A stretch of DNA of 64,000 bases from Octopus bimaculoides (taxonomy: Eukaryota). How positions within the stretch are numbered: position 1 is the first letter of the stretch; each line of letters opens with the position of its first letter. The stretch spans positions 11,213,916 to 11,277,915 of the forward strand of contig NC_068988.1 of NCBI RefSeq assembly GCF_001194135.2, written 5' to 3'. The position numbers and the translations under genes are program-made. The notes beneath the pieces were generated by a model that was given only the letters and a program-made list of their open reading frames with translations, did no database searches and had not been told where the DNA came from. This document shows, piece after piece, positions 54,111-64,000 of the stretch.

Positions 54111-55371
54111 ATACATTTAATCAAAATAAAGAAATAGCTTTTGCAGGTTGTTCGGCAAGAAATTTCGGCACTCTCATCTGTAGCAAACGATAGGAGACTG
54201 CAGCAGGCTTTAACCTTATGATACAAATAATTATATACAAATAAGATTATTGCTGTTTTATTGTTCATGTTATTCCTCTTCAGGTTCTGATTGTTAAAAT
54301 CTACCAATAAAGACATTGTAGACACAACCTCTATATTTGTATGCTATCCTTCTATCCTTCTATTCTTTTTAAAATATCTACGCGTGAGTTTAGAAATAAG
54401 AGGCAACTCTTTCTGACACGTCTATTGACAACATATCGACTGCTTTGTTGGAATATACCTGTCTCCTTCTTTTTAAGCTTTTGTATATTTTGTACATTAT
54501 ATCTTCTGATCTTGCATAAACGACACTCTTTTATAATATTCACTTTTATTTATACGAGTGTCATCCAATCAATCTCATCTAACTCAATTGTGAGATTGTT
54601 TCTGTCCAAGTTCTCTGTTTGATTTCTGTTTGTCACTTCTGACGTAATATTAAAGTGTCTTAAATGTATTCTTCATATAATATTATTCCGTAAAATCTCA
54701 TATCCATGAGATGTGAGTGCATTCTCACAAAGGAACATCAAGTAGGTGATGACAATTCTAAACAGAGGAACAAACCCAAATGGTCTGTAGCGTTTGTCAA
54801 TCCTATTTTTAATCATTGATTATAAGATTCAGCTGTCAATGCTTGCAGGAAATTTAGTTCAGATAAAGAGTCTCTCAGGAAAATTTCGTTTCTCATATGC
54901 ATATCTCTGGCTTCTATTATCTATCTTCATACAGTGAAGTATTATCGATGTTTATCAATTTTATTTATAGCGTAGTTTATAGACGCACATAATATTTAGG
55001 CGGTTTTGTTTCTGCACAATGTCTTCAGCAAGCAAACATTTGGTATTTTGTCAAATGCATCTCGGCAATCAATCAATGTCGTAATTGGATATTTCTTACA
55101 TTTTTAGTGTCTTAAATATCTTATCCATTTACTTATTAAATATTCTTTGCGCTCATACATTGATTTACAACGGCACTTTTATTCTTCTTGTAAAATAGCT
55201 TTACCTTAGAAACATACAAGCCAATCTGTGTTAGAGTGAGATGAAAAATAGATATAACGACTTTATATGTTGCTTTTAAACTAGTCATACTTCTCAAAAT
55301 TCAATGTTCGTAAGGTGACTTATATTTTTGTTTCAATTAAAAAATATTGACATTCTCATTATATATTTAAG

Positions 55372-55540
55372 GTGGTTAATTTCTTAGACGTTACTCTCGA
55401 CTTAAACATAAACCGATATCAGCCTTTTCATAAACTCAACCAATCTGTACAATATATGAATGTCCTCTCTATTCACCCTAAACTTACCGTTAAGAGCATA
55501 GTCTCAGGCATATCTATTAGAGTCTCTAACATATCTACTA
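55372..55540 (+). mobile_element. Penelope-like RT C-terminal/thumb fragment
   Basis: VNFLDVTLDLNINRYQPFHKLNQSVQYMNVLSIHPKLTVKSIVSGISIRVSNIS matches the PLE pattern VNFLDVTL.L....Y.PY.KPN....YI...SNHP...K.I...I..R.S..S. Confidence 0.85.
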
Positions 55541-55729
55541 ACACAACCCACACACACATACACACGCACATACACACATATGCACACATACACAAATACG
55601 TACACACAAAGACGCATGCACATACCACACAAAACACACACGTACAACATACATACACACACACACACACATGCTTCAAACTGCCAGTGTTTGTTCATCT
55701 TTCTTTTTCGGATTTACTATATATATGTG

Positions 55730-55760
<31 letters not shown>

Positions 55761-55900
55761 GTACATATAAATATATATACACATAATAGTTAATCATATA
55801 TAATACACACACGTATATGTGTGGACACATTGCTGCATTACTATAAAATATGTGTGTGTATGCTTGTATATATATATGTGTGTGTGTACATGCACATGTA

Positions 55901-55950
<50 letters not shown>

Positions 55951-57222
55951 NNNNNNNNNNNNNNNNNNNNNNNNNNNNNNNNNNNNNNNNNNNNNNNNNN
56001 NNNNNNNNNNNNNNNNNNNNNNNNNNNNNNNNNNNNNNNNNNNNNNNNNNNNNNNNNNNNNNNNNNNNNNNNNNNNNNNNNNNNNNNNNNNNNNNNNNNN
56101 NNNNNNNNNNNNNNNNNNNNNNNNNNNNNNNNNNNNNNNNNNNNNNNNNNNNNNNNNNNNNNNNNNNNNNNNNNNNNNNNNNNNNNNNNNNNNNNNNNNN
56201 NNNNNNNNNNNNNNNNNNNNNNNNNNNNNNNNNNNNNNNNNNNNNNNNNNNNNNNNNNNNNNNNNNNNNGGGGGGGGTATGAGCGTATGGGTATTCGTAT
56301 ATGTATATATTAATATAAGGTAACCGACTTTACAAACTAGAAGACTTTATTATCACTGTATCATTTCAGTTGCTATCGGTGTTTTGTTTCTCTTGTCAAT
56401 TCTCCAACAATTACTTTGGTGTATAACCGTGTATATATTGAGTTTATTGTTTTTATTCCTTTTGCTTTGTTCCTGTGTTTCATGAATCATTTGTCGGTTC
56501 CACGATTCGATATATTTTGTTAATATTATTTCAAAAACACCCCTATAATGGTATATCAACAGCGCTTTACTGAGTGTCTTATCTTAGTGTGTACCCATAG
56601 ATTAGTCGCTTAAACATTCCTTCCTAAGGTATATTTTTTAGTATTGTATTCTATATATTTTGTTCATTTTTATGCATAGTAACGGATATGTTTTTTGATG
56701 CTATTATTTTTCTAAAGACTCCTCTCAAGTATTCTCTGTAATAAACATATTTAGTAAGGTTTTACTTCAGTAGAGTTATACAGTTTGATGTTTAGTATCT
56801 CTACATGACAACAGTATCTGACAAAGAATAAAATCAATTAATCGTTTTTGTCACATTGTCGTAAATTCGTTACTTTTTCAAGTTACCGCTAAAAACCTAA
56901 TCGACACAATTATCTCTGAAATGCAAAAATTGACATCAAAGGATTTGAAAAACATCATTATTCAAAAACAAAAAAATAAGTAAAATATAACATGAAACGA
57001 TGAATTGCTAAAAAAATGTTTATTGCAAAGATAAAATAGAAACGGGTCCTGCATAATTTAAGTTAAGAGAAATACCCAATAGCTATTTCATAGAATTCTG
57101 TTAAGTAGGATATCGAAACCCCTTCACTGGTTTCAGCGTATTATTGGACACTTAGTCAAAAGCGAGCGCTTAATTCGCATGGCTGAAAGATTGGAGTGTC
57201 CGGCACACAATCGTCCGGACTT

Positions 57223-58010
57223 TCAAGGCCCCCTCTTCCAAAATTCACTCGTCCGTGACGAGAAATACTCCTCCAGTACTGTTCTGACCTCGTCTACAGA
57301 ATCCATATTTTTAAGGCTCAAATGATTTTGAAGACTGCGGAATAAATGATAATCATATGGCTCAATGCCCTGCGAATATGGTGTGTGGGGCATCGTTTCA
57401 CATTCAAACTGTTCCGGTTTTTGGAATGTCATCCTCACTGTATGTGGCCGAGCATTATCCAAATGAAAGAACACCCGTCGTCTTGAAACTGAAAATAGTT
57501 ATTTATCTTTTAGCGCTGACTAGAGTGACTCATTGAATGACCAAATCAAAGCTTCTTTGATAGTTCCTCAACAGTTACGATGAGATCTGGTTCCACCAGG
57601 GTTTGAAGAACGCTCTCGTAGAGCTCTACACATCGTCTGGACGAGGCTTGTCTTTTAGGCTGTAGTTTCCGGCTCGGAATTTCTGGAACAACCGTTGGCT
57701 CTGGCTTACAATTATTGTCCAATTCCCATATACTGCATTAATATTCCTCACACTCTGTCGCGTTGTTACCTTTATTGAATTCATAAGGCAATATATCACG
57801 AATACATTCCTTTATCACTTGCATTATAGCTTTGAAAAAATGACTGTTAAAATCAAACTGCACTCTTCAAAACTTGCACTAAGTATAAGTACAAGGTAAA
57901 ATTACTATCTGCTTTTATAGCAAGTTGATGCAGGTAGTTTATGCCGTCCTCTGCCTGCTTTTAGCTCATGCAATTGAAAAAAACCGCATTATTTATGGGA
58001 TGACCCAATA
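57223..58010 (-). mobile_element. Mariner element with an internal deletion; 5' TIR present
   Basis: TIR tattgggtcatcccataaataatgcggttttt (about 57978-58010); N-terminus EFNKGNNA...RNINAVYG...FQKFRAGNYSLKDKPR joined to the C-terminus FHLDNARPH...PHTPYSQGIEPYDYHLFRSLQNHL. Confidence 0.92.
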
Positions 58011-58654
58011 GTTATTCTTCTTACCAGTAAATTGCTGTTTTTTTTATGTCAAATGTTCACGGTTTTACTATTGCAATAAGCAACACAATAGCAGTAATTC
58101 CTCGCTTTTGTTTGAATTAAGATTTGGGTTCTTACTTTCATTTGTAAATGTTTGATTTTCTATTAGTATCCATCCGGCATATTTATTCATCAGATTTATC
58201 TGACACTGCTATAGAACACTGAAGCTGAAGGGAAACTGTCGAATTACAACGCACCTAGGAGAAATAAATGCTTCAAATGAGAGTCGTTCTCTTAAATATA
58301 ATTTAATCGATGTTATATTTATCTAAGGAGTAATACGATTTCTAATACAAGACACCCGCTCTCCAATAATTACACAACAGCTAAACGGAAGTATTTAATT
58401 CTATAAACATCCACTGATATTTAAATACACGAGGAGTTCCATAGTGTGGAAATACAAAAGGAGATCAGTATGCATTAACAGTGGATTACGAATCAGTGAA
58501 ATAAGGTATTCAAATGAGAAGGCGACTTTGGACTCGAAGTCTACAGTACGGCGTTGTGTCAGGCATTCGTATATGACATGATATATTTCTCTGCATCATT
58601 TCTTTTACATAACAGTTTTAGACATCCGTGTAGACTTCTGTCCAACATATCCAC

Positions 58655-58790
58655 TCACATGCCCGAGGCTAAAGCAGAAACAAGTTGCCTAAGGTGCCAC
58701 TCAGTGGGCTGAAACACGGAAACATGTACGTGAAGAGTACACAGCCACGCCCGCAGCTACCCACAGCTACGCCCGCGCCTTTATACATAC
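58655..58790 (-). mobile_element. SINE family A head, decayed
   Basis: cccgaggcta...gcctaaggtgccactcagtgggctgaaacacggaaacatgt...cacagccac...gcgcct. Confidence 0.7.
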
Positions 58791-58791
58791 A

Positions 58792-58838
<47 letters not shown>

Positions 58839-60346
58839 ATTTTTTTCCCAGAGGATGTAGCAACCGTTACCAATATATCATAAGAACTTACCTTACCTAT
58901 ATATACATACATACAGCATTTATTACTTATTTTGTATTGCTTCTGAAAGTAACCGACTGGATTCCCGGATCACTCCACACTATATATGTGTGTGTGCATG
59001 TGTGTGGCTGGGTGTAAGATATAGAAGTGTGTGTGTATGCAGATGGATTGATAGTAGCATGCATACATACACACATACATACATACATACATACATACAA
59101 CAAATATGAAAGAGGATCAGCTGATGTAAACTATGACCGCTTCTTATCTTGATATACAAAGGCTGCGTTTCCCATTAAAAGGAAACTTATTCCAAGATTA
59201 CAGTGAAATCACAAGATATCCCAATGTGGTCAGAAAAATGATCAACTTTAAAGATTCTGGAAGGATTCCTAATTATTTAACAATCTACAAAAAACACGAA
59301 TGCACAACATTCAATCTGAGATATCTAAATATATTTTGAAGGGAAATGTTTATCAGAAATGGCTAAGGTTTATTTCTATCTTATTTATTTACAAGCCGAA
59401 GATATCAACCAAACAACATTGAAATGACAAATGCATACATTCGTTCATGCAAACACTCTCATATTCACATGTTCAGCCATTTAAGTGTATATGTATATAT
59501 GTGTACCTGCGTTTGTTAATTTATACATTTACATATTGATATATATCCACATATGTACATGTGTATACGTGTAAAGTTTATGCGTTAGTGTCTAAACTTA
59601 TATCTACGTAAGTTTATATGTGTCTATAATTATAGCTTTAAGCATAAAGTGCTATGAAAAAAAAATCTAAAGGATTTTGGCTTGTACGCACCATAAATAC
59701 AATTTAATTAGTTAAATGTGTAACATTATTACAAATTTACTAAAAAACACAATTCTTAAAAACAACAAATATATTTTTCGTTTGCTAATTATAAAAACAC
59801 ACCCATAATATAGAAATATAATCTAATAATAGTAAAATTAATTTCCATCATTGAAATTAATATTTACAATTAATATTTCATAATTCTTACAAAGCTTGTA
59901 CGCCTTCAAGCTTTCTTTCCTCGTAAAACGTTATTTTCATTTTCTTCTTCTGATTTACAAATAATATTGCCCTTAACTTCGTTAAGGGATATTATCACAT
60001 GATAACTGATAATGAAGACAAAAATCACTTTCAATTACTGTATTTCTATTATACTTCATTTATTTTATTATTTATCCATAAAATTATTTATTCATATTTT
60101 TCGCTCTGGAATTATAAAACTTCCTATAAATATCACTTAGCTCTCATAGATTGCAGTAAATATCAATTCATATTCTGTTCGATGTCCTGGTGAAGGAACC
60201 AAAGCAAAGTTATGAATATGTACTACGAGATATATATTTTCTAATCCGGTAGATGAGAAATTATATTTGCAAAATACAAACCCATACACACATGTATATC
60301 TATATCTATATCTATCTATCAATCTACCATTCTGTCTATCTATCTA

Positions 60347-60391
<45 letters not shown>

Positions 60392-60977
60392 NNNNNNNNN
60401 NNNNNNNNNNNNNNNNNNNNNNNNNNNNNNNNNNNNNNNNNNNNNNNNNNNNNNNNNNNNNNNNNNNNNNNNNNNNNNNNNNNNNNNNNNNNNNNNNNNN
60501 NNNNNNNNNNNNNNNNNNNNNNNNNNNNNNNNNNNNNNNNNNNNNNNNNNNNNNNNNNNNNNNNNNNNNNNNNNNNNNNNNNNNNNNNNNNNNNNNNNNN
60601 NNNNNNNNNNNNNNNNNNNNNNNNNNNNNNNNNNNNNNNNNNNNNNNNNNNNNNNNNNNNNNNNNNNNNNNNNNNNNNNNNNNNNNNNNNNNNNNNNNNN
60701 NNNNNNNNNNNNNNNNNNNNNNNNNNNNNNNNNNNNNNNNNNNNNNNNNNNNNNNNNNNNNNNNNNNNNNNNNNNNNNNNNNNNNNNNNNNNNNNNNNNN
60801 NNNNNNNNNNNNNNNNNNNNNNNNNNNNNNNNNNNNNNNNNNNNNNNNNNNNNNNNNNNNNNNNNNNNNNNNNNNNNNNNNNNNNNNNNNNNNNNNNNNN
60901 NNNNNNNNNNNGTGTGTGTGTGTGTATGTGTGTGTAGTGAGAGAGAGAGAGTTTTTGAAGTTATGTACAGATATTGT

Positions 60978-61052
<75 letters not shown>

Positions 61053-61504
61053 CCTGTCTGTGCTTTACCTCGCTCGTGTGTATGCCAGTTCGTGTGTAAC
61101 CAAGAGTTTCCCTTGAGTTCAATCATGTCATGCCTTGGACAGCTGACTCAAAGAACGTAGAGAAAGTTCCACGTTTAACTTCAGTCAAAATCGACAGAAC
61201 AACGACATCTTGTCACTGACTTGTAAATAATGGAATGGTGAAATTTGGTATAGAGACATTACTACCATCTCTAATGGCAGAATCTGTGGAAATGGTTTTA
61301 TGTATTATTGATGTAGTGGCTGACTTAAATACGTATCCAGATATTGCGTGTGAAGCTCGACCATCACTGATAACAGGGCGTACACGGCGCCACTCAATAT
61401 GTGTGTGTGTGTATGCGTGTGTGTGTGTGTGTGTGTGTGTGTAAGTGTGCGTGCGTGCGTGTGTATGTGTGTATGTATGTATGTGTGTATGTATGTATGT
61501 ATGT

Positions 61505-61536
<32 letters not shown>

Positions 61537-62380
61537 GCATTAACATAAATATACAGACACATATGCATTTATTTTCATGGACATAGGTCAGTAAAGAGGT
61601 ATATGGATGCCTTATGTATGTGTGTGTGTGTGTATAATTATATATATATGTGTGTATAATTCCAGGCGTGTATTTACAGAGAGTAGAAAAGTTTTATATA
61701 TTCGTCAATCTTTACGTGCGTGTATACATATACAGTGAGAGAGAATGAAAGTGGGGGTGAAAGAGGTTGGGGGAAATACAGTCTTATATACACATACTCA
61801 AACAAACACACGTATAGACCCGGATCTGAATATGAATATACATACAGACACACACGCATATGATTGTGTGTATATATATATGTGCATGTCCATATGCTTA
61901 CAAGCAGGCATGAATACATATTCCATATATATATGCACGATCGCATAGATATATAAACATACGTACATACACACACGTGGTGCCATGTATATCAGCTAAC
62001 CAGTTCCCAGTTGAATGACTGCTGGATTACCAATTTCCTTGCTGTCAATTTTCCTGTCATCCTTTCGTGACAGAGTTCATATCCATATATTCCAGATACT
62101 TTATTGATAGCATCTTTAATAGAACTCCTTCATGTAGAAATATTTTACCTCTATACAATTGCCATCTTTGTTGTTTACAAAACTTCAGCAACAAATACAT
62201 TTTGCGGCCGTCCAAATTCCATGCATCCATTGATCCCTATGTACACAACCTTTAGACTTTTTTTGCCCAAAAACAAAACCTTATGCACCAAAAGAGCAAT
62301 GGCACTAACAGGTTTAATATCAACCATTAAAAGAATCGAGCCATCAAGAGTCTTTATATGATGTATTGCCCTCTAAGTTT

Positions 62381-62685
62381 GGAGGCGTAATGGCCCAGTG
62401 GTTAGGGCAGCGGACTCGCGGTCATAGGATCGCGGTTTCGAGTCCCAGACCGGGCGTTGTGAGTGTTTATTGAGCGAAAATACCTAAAGCACCACGAGGC
62501 TCCGGCAGGGGATGGTGGCGAATCCTGCTGTATACTTCATTTCATATTGCTCCGGTCTGCTCAGCTGGCAAAAATATCCTGCGATGGACCGGCGTCTAGT
62601 ACTGGGAAGAAATATATACGCCAGAGAAACCGGAAACCGGTTCCGGGATACTTACGGAGTGATGCGGACTAAGCAACAACAAGAA
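62381..62685 (+). mobile_element. SINE family B with a short (CAA)n tail
   Basis: A box TGGCCCAGTGG, B box GGTTTCGAGTCCC; near-identical to the reverse complement of 23845-23978. Confidence 0.9.
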
Positions 62686-63356
62686 CATTTCTTTGATAAA
62701 AAAAAAAGAAAAAACATCAACTCTCGTTCTATCATATGCATCATATCAAAGAAACAATACGCACTCTAGGCGCGAGAGAGTGACAGTGATTCGATGGAAC
62801 TCATTCGCAGAAGAGAGATTTAGCATTTAGCGAAGCATATTCAACTTATTCTTCGATGGACCACAATTTCTGGCAGCTGGAACGTTGCTAAATCTCTTGC
62901 CCCTAAATCTATATTTTCTCACAGCAATGATAGCGATACTAGGCAACGTGGAAAATTAATGCCACTACAAATATTCAATTCCTCTGCAAGTTTTGTTCAA
63001 ATATAAGTTATTGATCTGGGATCTCTGGAGTATTGACATAGTAAGGCTATCAATTACATCAGCTATAATTTCATCCGACATGAGGGCACATGGTGAGCAC
63101 ACGTGTTAATCTAATGTACATCCTTTCATTTATTTTCCTGTGCTGTGTCCCTGTTGTACTCTTCTCTTTATTTATTAGTGTTTAATAATACGAACGTATG
63201 TGCCTGATATTAATCCCTTATCTCCCTTCAGTCTCATCACTCTTTATTGTTCATAATCGATTGCCTTCCTTTCAATATTAACTCGACATGTTTCTCTAAT
63301 CTGAATCTCGCGCCAGTGCCATATATGGAATTAGTAATATTTGTTTGAGTGTGTGT

Positions 63357-63575
63357 AGGCGGTGGGCTGGACGAATCGTTACCACACTCGACACAATGCT
63401 TTGCAGTATTTGTTCCGTTTTTACGTTCTGAGATGAAGTAATACCGGGGTCGACTTTGCGTTTCGTTGCTTCAGGGCCGATAAGATAAGCTCCAATTGAA
63501 CACTAGCGTCGATGCAATCACCATATCCCCTTCCCCGAACTTGCAGGCCTTATGACAAAATTTGAAATCGATATC
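63357..63575 (+). mobile_element. SINE family C
   Basis: aggcggtgggctggacgaatcgtt...ttacgttctgag...gggtcgactttgc...gtcgatgcaatc...gcaggccttatgacaaaatttgaaa. Confidence 0.75.
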
Positions 63576-64000
63576 CGTTTCAGTGAGTAAATTTATCTTC
63601 AATTTCCGGGAAACAAATTAATATGTGCAATAATGTTGATTAATATTCCATTATATTACTGTTTGAGTCCATGTTACTGAAGCTGTTAAAGATGTTAACG
63701 TGAAGCAGGATGGGGGTAAGTAAAGATATTTTTTTTTTCATTTGAGGACAAATCCGGTAAAAAGAAAATGTGGCAACGACAGGAACTCAGCCCTAACTCT
63801 ATTACGGAGGAATATTCCAAAATACCTTCTCACTTCACTTATAGTATTTAATATCGCTTCTTTGATTTCTGCGTTTGTATCACACTGGTCCGCTTTTGAG
63901 CACTCGATATATAGAACATACAAGTCAAAAATATCGATTTAATTACCTATACCTCTTAGCCTATCACTAGGTATCTGACTTTATATATATATATATATAT

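Noticed and set aside
54147-54221. Possible plus-strand terminal exon VVRQEISALSSVANDRRLQQALTL*
   Set aside because: Purine-rich, poor acceptor directly after a SINE, and no upstream partner exon identified.
54352-54543. CRLCK-containing ORF resembling an R4 zinc knuckle
   Set aside because: Only one short motif; the expected H and C residues and the motif order do not fit.
62104-62361. 85-aa ORF vaguely reminiscent of a Transib-like transposase segment
   Set aside because: No catalytic or other diagnostic motif could be aligned convincingly.
62381-62455. tRNA gene-like sequence (also 43045, 51200-51275, 23905-23978, 37625-37697)
   Set aside because: A and B boxes are present, but each continues into a shared SINE body and lacks a clean cloverleaf, so these are SINE heads.

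Overview
AT-rich animal non-coding DNA, most likely from an octopus. That assignment is an inference from the dense (AT)n/(AC)n/(AG)n/(GATA)n/(TAA)n microsatellites and from three tRNA-derived SINE families I recognise as octopus-type. It is a short-read-style draft: 13 N-gaps (about 4 kb), nearly all bounded by microsatellite. No intact protein-coding gene is visible. Most long ORFs in the track are microsatellite or gap artefacts; several are transposon debris and a few shorter ones remain unassigned. Recognisable elements: many SINEs; Tc1 and mariner remnants; Penelope-like GIY-YIG and RT fragments; R4/Dong-clade RT and REL-endonuclease fragments embedded in (TAA)n; CR1/L2-like and RTE-like LINE ends; a Ty3/Gypsy RT-connection fragment; a possible P-element-like transposase relic; and a non-autonomous element with long TIRs. 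The window is probably a large intron or intergenic region. Items worth follow-up are a hammerhead-ribozyme-like core (48.66-48.71 kb), an RFX X-box plus CCAAT module (11.39 kb), a CpG-rich possible first exon on the minus strand (39.2 kb) with weak downstream micro-exon candidates, a fold-back hairpin (20.05-20.32 kb) and three diverged local duplications. All alignments, translations and family calls were done by eye; none is database-confirmed, and I cannot claim a new biological system from sequence alone.
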